Origin: an uncultured Ectothiorhodospiraceae bacterium | Lineage (GTDB): Bacteria > Pseudomonadota > Gammaproteobacteria > JAABTG01 | DNA: 64,000 bases | Direction of reading: 5' to 3' | NCBI GenBank assembly: GCA_964439835.1 | Contig: CAYTPQ010000003.1 | Coordinates: 55,468-119,467 of the forward strand | Made by a program: the position numbers and the translations under genes | Notes under the pieces: model-generated | Database searches by the model: none | What the model was told of the DNA's origin: nothing | What the model saw: the letters and a program-made list of their open reading frames with translations, nothing else | Shown: positions 9,260-17,150 of the stretch, piece by piece | Layout of the letters: every line of letters starts with the position of its first letter | How positions within the stretch are numbered: the stretch's first letter is position 1

Positions 9260-10534
9260 TTGTTGGCAAGGAGGACCGGATGGGCTATCTTTCGATTTCG
9301 TGTTGTGGCCCTTGGATGGGTATCCTTCGATCAGTCGGTAGGGACTGCCGTTACACCGAGCAACGCGGGTTCCGGGGGAAGGGTGCCGCGAAGCGGCGAC
9401 GAGTTGTTGCCGGTATTGCAGTGCCTCTGCGATGCGGCGCTCGACGACATGGCATGGGGGCGCTTCCTCGAGGCCCTCTGCAGGAGCACGAGCAGCGTAG
9501 AAGCTGACCTATTCGTCGTCGACCCCCTCACGACACGCTGCACCAGCTGCATCAGCTACGACCTGGAGAAGAACTGGGTCGGTCGTTGTGACCTACAGGC
9601 GAGCGACAAGTGCGTGTGGGTGCAGTTTCGCCCCGCTCTCCAACCTGCGGACGACTCCGTCGGGACGCCCCAGGTGCGGGAAATCAGTGCCTGTCCGACA
9701 GGGATATCGGTCGTCTTCGGCGCAGTCCCGCCGAATCCGCGGCTGTCCGTCACGGAGCTGTGGCGTCACGACGGTCGGCAGGCTTACCTGGCTCTGAGGC
9801 GCAAGGATGATTCGCCACTGGCCGGCGAGCACGCAGAGACCCTCGACGCCATCCTTCCTTTCCTGCGGCGGGCGTTCCTGGTCGCCTACCGGCTGGAGAG
9901 CGGTGAGCGACGCAATGCGATGCTCGTGCGCGCTATCGAGCACAGCACCACCGGAATCACGCTGCTCGAGGCCCACGGCCAGATTGTCTATACCAATCAG
10001 GCCGCCCGCGAAATCCTGACCCAGGACGACGGGCTATTCGCCGAGGGGGGGCGACTGCGCGCCTCGCGCAAGGCCGACGACGACGCGTTGCAGGACCTGG
10101 TGCGCCGCGCTGCAGGGTCGATCCCGGATCATCAGCCGCTCATCGGCGGCATCATCGCTGTGCCCCGGCGCTCGGGCCAGGCGCCCTACACGGTCGCGGC
10201 GGTACCCGTGCGTCTGGAACCGACAGCGCTGCGCAACGACGAGGCAGTCGCCACCGTGTTCCTCTCGGACCCCACCGCGCTGCACGACATCAGTGACACG
10301 CACATCCGACGTATCTACCGGCTGACCCCCAAGGAGGCGCAACTCGCGGTCCTCCTCACCAGGGGCGCAACGGTGGCGGCAGCCGCCACCGAACTCGGCA
10401 TGGCAGAGAAGACCGCCCGCATCCACCTGCAAGGGCTATTCCGGAAGACCGGCACCCGCCGGCAGGTGGACCTCGTGCGCGTGCTCCTCCACAGTGCAGG
10501 CCCCACCCGCTCTCCCACCAGAGAAGCGATCTAG
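9260..10534 (+). CDS. LuxR-family transcriptional regulator: large N-terminal domain of unknown type plus a C-terminal LuxR/GerE HTH
   Basis: C-terminal LTPKEAQLAVLLTRGATVAAAATELGMAEKTARIHLQGLFRKTGTRRQVDLV is a LuxR-type HTH. The 5' end is uncertain. The strong SD+ATG at 9280 is in a different frame, and the long ORF begins with TTG. Confidence 0.6.
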   Translation: MLARRTGWAIFRFRVVALGWVSFDQSVGTAVTPSNAGSGGRVPRSGDELLPVLQCLCDAALDDMAWGRFLEALCRSTSSVEADLFVVDPLTTRCTSCISYDLEKNWVGRCDLQASDKCVWVQFRPALQPADDSVGTPQVREISACPTGISVVFGAVPPNPRLSVTELWRHDGRQAYLALRRKDDSPLAGEHAETLDAILPFLRRAFLVAYRLESGERRNAMLVRAIEHSTTGITLLEAHGQIVYTNQAAREILTQDDGLFAEGGRLRASRKADDDALQDLVRRAAGSIPDHQPLIGGIIAVPRRSGQAPYTVAAVPVRLEPTALRNDEAVATVFLSDPTALHDISDTHIRRIYRLTPKEAQLAVLLTRGATVAAAATELGMAEKTARIHLQGLFRKTGTRRQVDLVRVLLHSAGPTRSPTREAI

Positions 10535-10739
10535 CCGCCAGCCGGCATCCGGCCCACCGTCGCCCGCCGCAGCCACAGGCCTTGTGGGGGCACGAGGTCA
10601 ACGGCAAGTTTCCGAACGGGACGCTCAAGGCAGTGTAGGCTGCCGCCGACATGCTCGGGAATCCGGGCCACCTCGCTGCTAGAGGCGAGCCTACCGTCCC
10701 CAACCTCACGCACCACGGTCAGACCAAAGGCCAAGCCAC

Positions 10740-12680
10740 ATGTCCAGGTACTCGGCGGAGCCCGCACAAGACGCTTCACCCGGTTCCCGCCCCCCGCCGG
10801 CCCGTCCCGTCGACTCGAACTGGCTCTGCGGGGTCTTCGACCCGACCGCGGCCGTGCCCCCGAGCGAACGCCTCGGGCCGATGGCAGCGACTGCACCGGC
10901 CTCGGCCCGTCCCGCCACCGCCGCCACCGCCAACGGCTGCACCGTCGCGGCCCACTGGGCGGCCACGGCCGAGGGCCTGCTGGTCGGCGTGGCGGGACAC
11001 CCGTACTGGGACGGGGCGCCCACGGACCTCCCGCAGGACCCCGCCGCGGCGCTGGCAGTTCTCTATCGCCGCATGGGCGAGCGCTGCCTGGCCCCGCTGC
11101 GCGGCGCCTTCACGGTGGCCGTCTACGACCCCGCGGCCGGGACCGGCCTGCTCGCCATCGACCGCATCGGCCAGCACCACCTGTACTACGCGCAGGTCGG
11201 CGAGGCCCTCGCCTTCGGCTCCTCCGCCGACGCGGTGCTGGCCTTCCCGGGCGTGCCGCGCGAGCTCTCCCACGACGCCCTGTTCCAGTACCTGTACTTC
11301 CACATGATCCCGAGCCCGGGGACGGTCTACCGCGCGGTCTCCAAGCTCGAAGGCGCCCACTGCCTCCTCTTCCGCCCCGGCCGCGTCGAGGTCCGTCCCT
11401 ACTGGCGCCCGACCTTCGTCGAGACCTGGGGCGGCCGCGATCAAAGGGGTCTGACCCCATCGGTCCGCGATCAATGGGGTCAGACCCCTTTGATCCGGGC
11501 AGCGGGGGAAGAGCTGCGGGCGCTGCTCCAGGCGGACGTCGCCCGCTACTGCGACCTCCCCGGGGTCGGCGCCTTCTTGAGCGGGGGGCTCGACAGCTCG
11601 ACCGTCGCCGGTCTCCTCGCGCGGGTCCGGCCCGGGGAGGCCCACACCTACTCGGTCGGGTTTGCCGAGGAGCAGTACAACGAGCTGCCTTACGCGCACC
11701 TCAGCGCCGACTGGTTCAAGACCACCCAGCACGACGTCATCGTCTGCCCCGACGACGCCCTCACCGCCGTTGCCACGGTCGCAGCGGCCTTTGACGAGCC
11801 CTTCGGCAACTCCTCGGCGCTCGCCGCCTACTTCTGTGCCAAAGCCGCGCGGGCGGACGGCGTCACCCGGCTCATCGCCGGCGACGGCGGCGATGAGCTC
11901 TTCGCCGGCAACGAGCGCTACGGCAAGCAGCTGGTGTTCGAGGCCTATTTCCGGCTGCCGGTGGCGCTGCGCCGGGGCCTCCTGGAGCCACTGCTGCTCG
12001 GCATCCCCGCCCTCGATCGGGTCCCGTTGGTGAAAAAAGGCGTGAGCTACGTGCGCCAGGCGCTCGTGCGGCTGCCCGACCGCTTCGACACCTACAGCTA
12101 CCTGCACCGGCACCCCCTCACCGAGATCTTCCAGCCGGACTTCCTCGCCAGCGTCGACACCGGGGCCCCGTCGCGCGCGATGCAGGCGCTCTGGGACGCG
12201 GTGCCCGGCGCCAGCACCGTCAACCGGATGCTGTTCCTCGACTGGAAGAAGACCCTGCAGGACAACGACCTGGTCAAGGTCAACCGCATGGCCGAGGCCG
12301 CGGGGGTCGAGGTCGTCTACCCGATGCTGGACGACGCGGTGGTGGAGCTCTCCTGCCGGGTACCGAGCCGGCTGAAGCTGAAACCGGGGCAGCTGCGCTA
12401 CTTCTACAAAGAGGCGATGCGCGGGTTCCTGCCGCCCGAGACCCTGAGCAAGAAGAAGCACGGCTTCGGCCTGCCGTTCGCCATCTGGATCACGAGCCAC
12501 CGGCCGCTGCAGGAGCTCGCCTACGACAGCGTGCTGGCCCTGCGCGACCGCCCCTACCTCCGGCCCGAGTTCTTGGAGAGGGCGATCCGCCTTCATCAGC
12601 ACGATACGGCGGTCTACTACGGCGAGCTGGTCTGGATCCTGATGATGTTGGAGCAGTGGCTGCGCTCTCGCGGTCTCTGA
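10740..12680 (+). CDS. Asparagine synthetase-like glutamine amidotransferase. It resembles exosortase-A-associated amidotransferase 1
   Basis: Class-II GATase region (LCGVFD...), AsnB PP-loop SGGLDSS and a C-terminal AsnB domain. It contains an in-frame family A repeat (11437-11496). An N-terminal extension lies before the catalytic Cys. Confidence 0.8.
   Translation: MSRYSAEPAQDASPGSRPPPARPVDSNWLCGVFDPTAAVPPSERLGPMAATAPASARPATAATANGCTVAAHWAATAEGLLVGVAGHPYWDGAPTDLPQDPAAALAVLYRRMGERCLAPLRGAFTVAVYDPAAGTGLLAIDRIGQHHLYYAQVGEALAFGSSADAVLAFPGVPRELSHDALFQYLYFHMIPSPGTVYRAVSKLEGAHCLLFRPGRVEVRPYWRPTFVETWGGRDQRGLTPSVRDQWGQTPLIRAAGEELRALLQADVARYCDLPGVGAFLSGGLDSSTVAGLLARVRPGEAHTYSVGFAEEQYNELPYAHLSADWFKTTQHDVIVCPDDALTAVATVAAAFDEPFGNSSALAAYFCAKAARADGVTRLIAGDGGDELFAGNERYGKQLVFEAYFRLPVALRRGLLEPLLLGIPALDRVPLVKKGVSYVRQALVRLPDRFDTYSYLHRHPLTEIFQPDFLASVDTGAPSRAMQALWDAVPGASTVNRMLFLDWKKTLQDNDLVKVNRMAEAAGVEVVYPMLDDAVVELSCRVPSRLKLKPGQLRYFYKEAMRGFLPPETLSKKKHGFGLPFAIWITSHRPLQELAYDSVLALRDRPYLRPEFLERAIRLHQHDTAVYYGELVWILMMLEQWLRSRGL
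11437..11496. repeat. Family A palindromic element, copy 1, inserted in frame inside the AsnB-like CDS
   Basis: gatcaaaggggtctgaccccat-cggtccgc-gatcaatggggtcagacccctttgatc. The half-sites are reverse complements of each other. It is translated as ...DQRGLTPSVRDQWGQTPLIR... Confidence 0.75.
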
Positions 12681-12847
12681 GCCTGCTCTCTGGGGAGACC
12701 CTGCAGAGGTCGTCACCCCGGCGGAAGCCGAGGTCCAGCGTGCTGATTCCTATGGATTCCGGCCTATGCCGGAATGACGAAGGGGAAGGCGTTAAGGGCT
12801 TCCAATACGGGACATCGGTCCCCGGCGCCCCTGGCCCGAGACGCGCG

Positions 12848-14752
12848 TCAGTCGGCCTCCCGGCCCACGCGGGACGGTAGGGCGAAAGCGCTCGGCGCGC
12901 CCTCGATCTCCTTCAGCCGCGCATCGCCTGCGGCGGCCTCGCCGGTGGTGAGGCGCGCCGGCTCCCGCACCTCCTCCTCCGCCTGCTGGAGTGCCCACAT
13001 CCGGGCGTAGAGGCCGTCCGCGGCCAGCAGGTCGTGGTGACTGCCCTGCTCCACCACCCGGCCCTGGTCCAGCACCAGGATCCGGTCGGCATCGACGATG
13101 GTCGACAGGCGGTGGGCGATGACGAGCGTGGTGTGCTCGGCCGCCACCTCGTCCAACGCCCTCTGGATGGCGCGCTCGGCCCGGGTGTCGAGGGCCGAGG
13201 TGGCCTCGTCGAAGATCAGGATCGGAGAGGCCTTGAGGATCACCCGGGCAATCGCCACCCGCTGCTTCTCGCCGCCGGAGAGCTTCAGGCCGCGCTCGCC
13301 GACCACCGTGTCGTAGCCCTGGGGCAGGGAGGCGATGAAGTCGTGAATGTGGGCCAGCCGGGCCGCGCGCTCGACCTCCTCGCGCGAGGCATCGGGGCGG
13401 GCGTAGGCGATGTTGTAGTAGATGCTGTCGTTGAACAGCACCGTGTCCTGGGGGACGATGCCGATGGCCGAGCGCAGGCTCGCCTGAGTGACCTCCCGCA
13501 GGTCCTGGCCATTGACGGTGACCCGCCCCCCGGTCACGTCGAAGAAGCGGTACAGCAGGCGGGCGAGGGTCGACTTGCCGGCCCCGCTCGGGCCGACCAC
13601 CGCGACCTTGGTCCCGGGGCGGATCTCGAAGTCGACCCCGCGCAGGATTGCGCGGTCGGGCTGGTAGGCAAAGTCCACCCCCTCGAAGCGCACCCCGCCG
13701 GCACCGACCGCCAGCGCGGGCGCCCCCGGCCGGTCCCGGATCTCGGGCTCCCGGTTCAGTAACCGCACGAGCAGGTCCATGTCCGCCAGGGCGTACTTGA
13801 TCTGGCGGTAGACGATCCCGAGGAAGTTGAGCGGGATGAAGAGCTGCAGCAGGAAGGCGTTGACCAGTACCAGGTCGCCGAGGGTCATCGTGCCGGCCAC
13901 CACTCCCCGGGCGGCGAAGACCATCAGCAGCGTCACGCCGACGGCGATGATCGCCCCCTGGCCGAAGTTCAGGGCCGACATGGAGGTCTGGCTCTGGACC
14001 GCGGCGTGCTCCCACCCGGCCAGGGTGTGGTCGTAGCGCCGGACCTCGCTGCCCTCGTTGCCGAAGTACTTGACCGTCTCGTAGTTGATCAGGCTGTCGA
14101 CCGCCTGGGTGTTGGCCTCGGACTCGAGCCGGTTCATCTCGTGGCGGAAGTGCATGCGCCAGTCGGTGATGGCGAAGGTGAACCAGACGTAGACCGCCAC
14201 CGTGGCGAACGTGACCAGGGTGAAGACGGGGTCGTAGCGGGTCAGCAGGATCGCGGCGACCAGGCCGAACTCCACCAGCGTCGGCAGCACGTTGAAGACC
14301 ATGTAGTTCAGGATGGTGCTGACGCTGCGGGTGCCGCGCTCCAGGTCGCGGAAGATGGCCCCGGTCTTGCGCTCCAGGTGGAAGCGCAACGACAGGTCGA
14401 GCAGGTGCGAGAGCACCCGGTCCGAGAGCCGGCGCATCGCGCGGTAGCGGACCTTGGCGAAGACCGCGTCGCGCAGCTCGTTGAAGAAGGCCGCGGCCAT
14501 CTTGAGCGCGCCGTAGGCCGCGAGCAGCGCGACCGGCAGGACCAGCTCCGGGTGCCGGCCCGGGTCCAGGGCGTCGACGATGTCCTTCAGCACCAGCGGC
14601 ACGCCGACGTTGGCGACCTTCGCGAGCAGCAGCGAGCCGAGCGCCAGCAGCACCCGGCCCCGGTACTCCCAAACGTAGGGCAGCATCGCCCGGACGTTCC
14701 GGAGGTCGTCCCGGTCTTTGTGCGGGTCTTCGGTGTAGCCGGTGGCGAACAT
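12848..14752 (-). CDS. ABC transporter, fused permease/ATPase (ATM1/HMT1-like exporter)
   Basis: Six-TM domain followed by Walker A GPSGAGKST, signature LSGGEKQR and Walker B ILIFDEATSALD. Confidence 0.85.
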   Translation of the reverse strand: MFATGYTEDPHKDRDDLRNVRAMLPYVWEYRGRVLLALGSLLLAKVANVGVPLVLKDIVDALDPGRHPELVLPVALLAAYGALKMAAAFFNELRDAVFAKVRYRAMRRLSDRVLSHLLDLSLRFHLERKTGAIFRDLERGTRSVSTILNYMVFNVLPTLVEFGLVAAILLTRYDPVFTLVTFATVAVYVWFTFAITDWRMHFRHEMNRLESEANTQAVDSLINYETVKYFGNEGSEVRRYDHTLAGWEHAAVQSQTSMSALNFGQGAIIAVGVTLLMVFAARGVVAGTMTLGDLVLVNAFLLQLFIPLNFLGIVYRQIKYALADMDLLVRLLNREPEIRDRPGAPALAVGAGGVRFEGVDFAYQPDRAILRGVDFEIRPGTKVAVVGPSGAGKSTLARLLYRFFDVTGGRVTVNGQDLREVTQASLRSAIGIVPQDTVLFNDSIYYNIAYARPDASREEVERAARLAHIHDFIASLPQGYDTVVGERGLKLSGGEKQRVAIARVILKASPILIFDEATSALDTRAERAIQRALDEVAAEHTTLVIAHRLSTIVDADRILVLDQGRVVEQGSHHDLLAADGLYARMWALQQAEEEVREPARLTTGEAAAGDARLKEIEGAPSAFALPSRVGREAD

Positions 14753-14904
14753 GGCGCTCTGAAGTCGGAGATCCGCATTATAGGCCGGCGGGCACCTCCT
14801 ACCCCCGCCGGCCGCTTCCCGGCTTGACCTCCGTGCCTGTTCGCCTCGTCGGCGCTGACCTATGCTTCCACGGCCCTGACCAACGGCAGTGGAGGTGGGC
14901 CTCG

Positions 14905-15864
14905 ATGGCGGATCTGAGCGAGCTGGAGCGCTTTCCGGTCAGCGTCTTTTCGGTGGTGATGGGGCTGGCGGGCCTGGCCCTCGCCCTGGGTGCGGCGGCG
15001 GGTGACCTCGGGCTGGGCACTGCGCCTGCCCTGGCGGTGACCCTGCTGGCGAGCGCCGTGTTCCTGGCGCTCGCGGTCCTCTACGGGGTCAAGCTCGTGC
15101 GCTACCGTTCCGCCGTGGTCGCGGAGTGGAACCACCCGGTCAAGCTGGCCTTCTTCCCGACCTTTTCGATCAGCCTGACCTTGCTGGCGGCGGCCTGGCT
15201 GCCCCACGCCCCCCGTCTCGCCCAGGCGCTGGTCGTCGCCGGCGCCGCACTGCAACTGGTGTTCACGATTGCGGTGCTCTCGGCCTGGCTCTACCACACG
15301 CGGTTCGAGATCCAGCACAGCAACCCCGCCTGGTTCATCCCGGTGGTCGGGAACATCCTGGTGCCGATCCCAGGCGTCGCCCTGCTGTCCGCAGAGACCG
15401 CCTGGTTCTTCTTCAGCGTGGGCCTGGTGTTCTGGCTGCTGCTGTTCGCCGTGCTCTTCTACCGCGTCATCTTCCACGCGCCGCTTGCCGAGAAGCTGAT
15501 GCCGACCTTCTTCATCTTCATCGCCCCCCCGGCGGTCGGCTTCGTCGCCTACCTGGCGTTGACCGGGACCCCGGACCCCTTCGCGCGGGTCCTTTACTAC
15601 ACGGCGCTGTTCCTGACCCTGCTGCTGCTGGTGCAGCTGCCCCGCTTCTCGCGCCTGCCCTTCAGCCTCTCCTGGTGGGCCTACTCCTTCCCGCTGGCCG
15701 CCGTGACGGTCGCCTCCAGCCTCATGTCGGCGCACACGGGACTCGCCTTCTTCCAGTATGTGGCGACTGCGCTCCTGGCCCTGCTGCTGTTCCTGGTGGG
15801 CCTGCTGTTGGTGCGCACCGCCGCCGCCACCCGCCACCACGGCCTGGCGCTCGACGAGGCCTGA
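14905..15864 (+). CDS. TDT-family transporter (TehA/Mae1/SLAC1-like; tellurite-resistance/C4-dicarboxylate transporter family)
   Basis: About 10 predicted TM helices with TehA-like sequence (FPVSVFSVVMGLAGLALA...NPAWFIPVVGNILVP). SD ggaggtgg before the ATG at 14905. Confidence 0.75.
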   Translation: MADLSELERFPVSVFSVVMGLAGLALALGAAAGDLGLGTAPALAVTLLASAVFLALAVLYGVKLVRYRSAVVAEWNHPVKLAFFPTFSISLTLLAAAWLPHAPRLAQALVVAGAALQLVFTIAVLSAWLYHTRFEIQHSNPAWFIPVVGNILVPIPGVALLSAETAWFFFSVGLVFWLLLFAVLFYRVIFHAPLAEKLMPTFFIFIAPPAVGFVAYLALTGTPDPFARVLYYTALFLTLLLLVQLPRFSRLPFSLSWWAYSFPLAAVTVASSLMSAHTGLAFFQYVATALLALLLFLVGLLLVRTAAATRHHGLALDEA

Positions 15865-15880
15865 ACCGCCGTGACGTCGA

Positions 15881-15955
15881 TCACCGCAGAGGCGCAGAGG
15901 CGCAGAGGTATATCCGTGAGCTTTTCTCTGCGCCTCTGCGCCTCTGCGGTGAAAC
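15881..15955. repeat. Family B hairpin element, copy 1. 26-nt near-perfect inverted repeat CACCGCAGAGGCGCAGAGGCGCAGAG with a 20-nt AT-rich loop
   Basis: tcaccgcagaggcgcagaggcgcagagg-tatatccgtgagcttttct-ctgcgcctctgcgcctctgcggtg. It lies between the TDT gene and the RND membrane-fusion gene. Confidence 0.75.
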
Positions 15956-15957
15956 GT

Positions 15958-17040
15958 ATGCGCGCGCGCGCCCTGTTCGCCGCAAGTGGTCAGCGCTGGG
16001 TCGCCCTTGGGACCGCCCTCCTGCTCGTTGCCTGCTCGCCCTCCCCCGCGCCGCCCTCGGCCCAGACCGCCCGGGAGGCCCGCGTACACCTGGTCGAGGT
16101 GGCGACCGCAGCGACCCGGCCGGTGGAGCGGACCAGCGTGAACACCGGGACCCTGAAGGCCCGCCGCCTGCTGCGGGTCTTCACCCAGGAGGAGGGTCGC
16201 ATCACCGCGCTGCCCTTCTTCGAGGGCGACCGGGTCCGCAAGGGCGAGGTGGTGCTGCGCCTGGACGAAGCCCTCCTAAAGACCCAGCTCGACAAGGCCG
16301 TCGCGAGCCGCCAGCAAGCCGACATCGACCTCAAGCGCCTGCAGGGCCTGACCGGCCGTCAACTCGTGTCCGAAGACGAGATCGCCCGGGCGCGCACCGC
16401 CGTCGAGATCGCCCGGGCCGAGGAGGCCGCACTGCAGACGCGCCTCGGGTACGCCGTCGAGCGCGCGCCCTTCGACGCCGTGGTGAGCGCGCGGCTGGCC
16501 GAGCCGGGGGACGTGGTGGCGCGTCACACCCACGTGCTGACCCTGACCGACCCGACATCGCTGGTGACCGAGGTGCCAGTCTCCGAGCTGGTGACCCCCT
16601 ACCTGAAGATCGGGGACCCGGCCGAGGTCCGGGTCGACGCCCTCGGCGCAGCGACCCTAAACGGTCGGATCCTGCGCATCCACCCCGCGCTTGAGGCGCG
16701 CCAGCGCCGGGGGCTGGTGGAGGTGGGCCTGGAGCCCGTGCCGCCGGGTGCACAGGCGGGGCAGTTCGCCCGCGTCACCCTGCGCATCGACGAGGGCGAG
16801 CGGCTGCTGGTGCCGTTCGCGGCCCTGCAACGCGACCGGGACCGCGAGCTCGTGTACCGGGTCGGCGCCGACGGCCGGGTCACCCGTGTGAGCGTGCGCA
16901 GCGGGACCCGCCACGGCAACGCGGTGGAGGTCCTGGAGGGACTCTCCCCCGGCGATACGGTGGTCACGCGCGGCTTCCTCGGCCTGCGCGACGGCCTGAA
17001 GGTCCAAGTGGTGGCGCCGGCCTCCGACCGCAGCGGCTGA
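15958..17040 (+). CDS. RND efflux membrane fusion (periplasmic adaptor) lipoprotein, HlyD family
   Basis: Lipoprotein signal MRARALFAASGQRWVALGTALLLVAC. The coiled-coil and beta-barrel domains are typical of AcrA/MexA-like proteins. The start was placed after the repeat, since the ORF-track start at 15871 reads through the element. Confidence 0.85.
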   Translation: MRARALFAASGQRWVALGTALLLVACSPSPAPPSAQTAREARVHLVEVATAATRPVERTSVNTGTLKARRLLRVFTQEEGRITALPFFEGDRVRKGEVVLRLDEALLKTQLDKAVASRQQADIDLKRLQGLTGRQLVSEDEIARARTAVEIARAEEAALQTRLGYAVERAPFDAVVSARLAEPGDVVARHTHVLTLTDPTSLVTEVPVSELVTPYLKIGDPAEVRVDALGAATLNGRILRIHPALEARQRRGLVEVGLEPVPPGAQAGQFARVTLRIDEGERLLVPFAALQRDRDRELVYRVGADGRVTRVSVRSGTRHGNAVEVLEGLSPGDTVVTRGFLGLRDGLKVQVVAPASDRSG

Positions 17041-17050
17041 CGCGCGGATT

Positions 17051-17127
17051 CCACCGCAGAGGCGCAGAGATATATCTCCATGTTTTCACCGATCAATCCT
17101 CTGCGTCTCTGCGCCTCTGCGGTGAGC
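17051..17127. repeat. Family B hairpin element, copy 2
   Basis: ccaccgcagaggcgcagaga-tatatctccatgttttcaccgatcaatcct-ctgcgtctctgcgcctctgcggtg, lying between the membrane-fusion gene and the RND pump gene. Confidence 0.75.
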
Positions 17128-17150
17128 AACCCCGGCGGACGGGCGAGCTC

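Noticed and set aside
9280-9507. A 75-aa ORF with a perfect SD+ATG upstream of the LuxR-type gene
   Set aside because: Its translation is R/G-rich with no hydrophobic core and matches no family. It is more likely the out-of-frame signature of a start-site or frameshift problem in the LuxR gene, which I report as a finding instead.
15881-17127. Family B and family D elements as simple rho-independent terminators
   Set aside because: They lack a 3' U-tract. They occur in several copies with conserved sequence, not just conserved structure. Two copies sit between co-directional genes of one operon. Repetitive extragenic palindromes are a better description, though they may still affect termination or mRNA stability.
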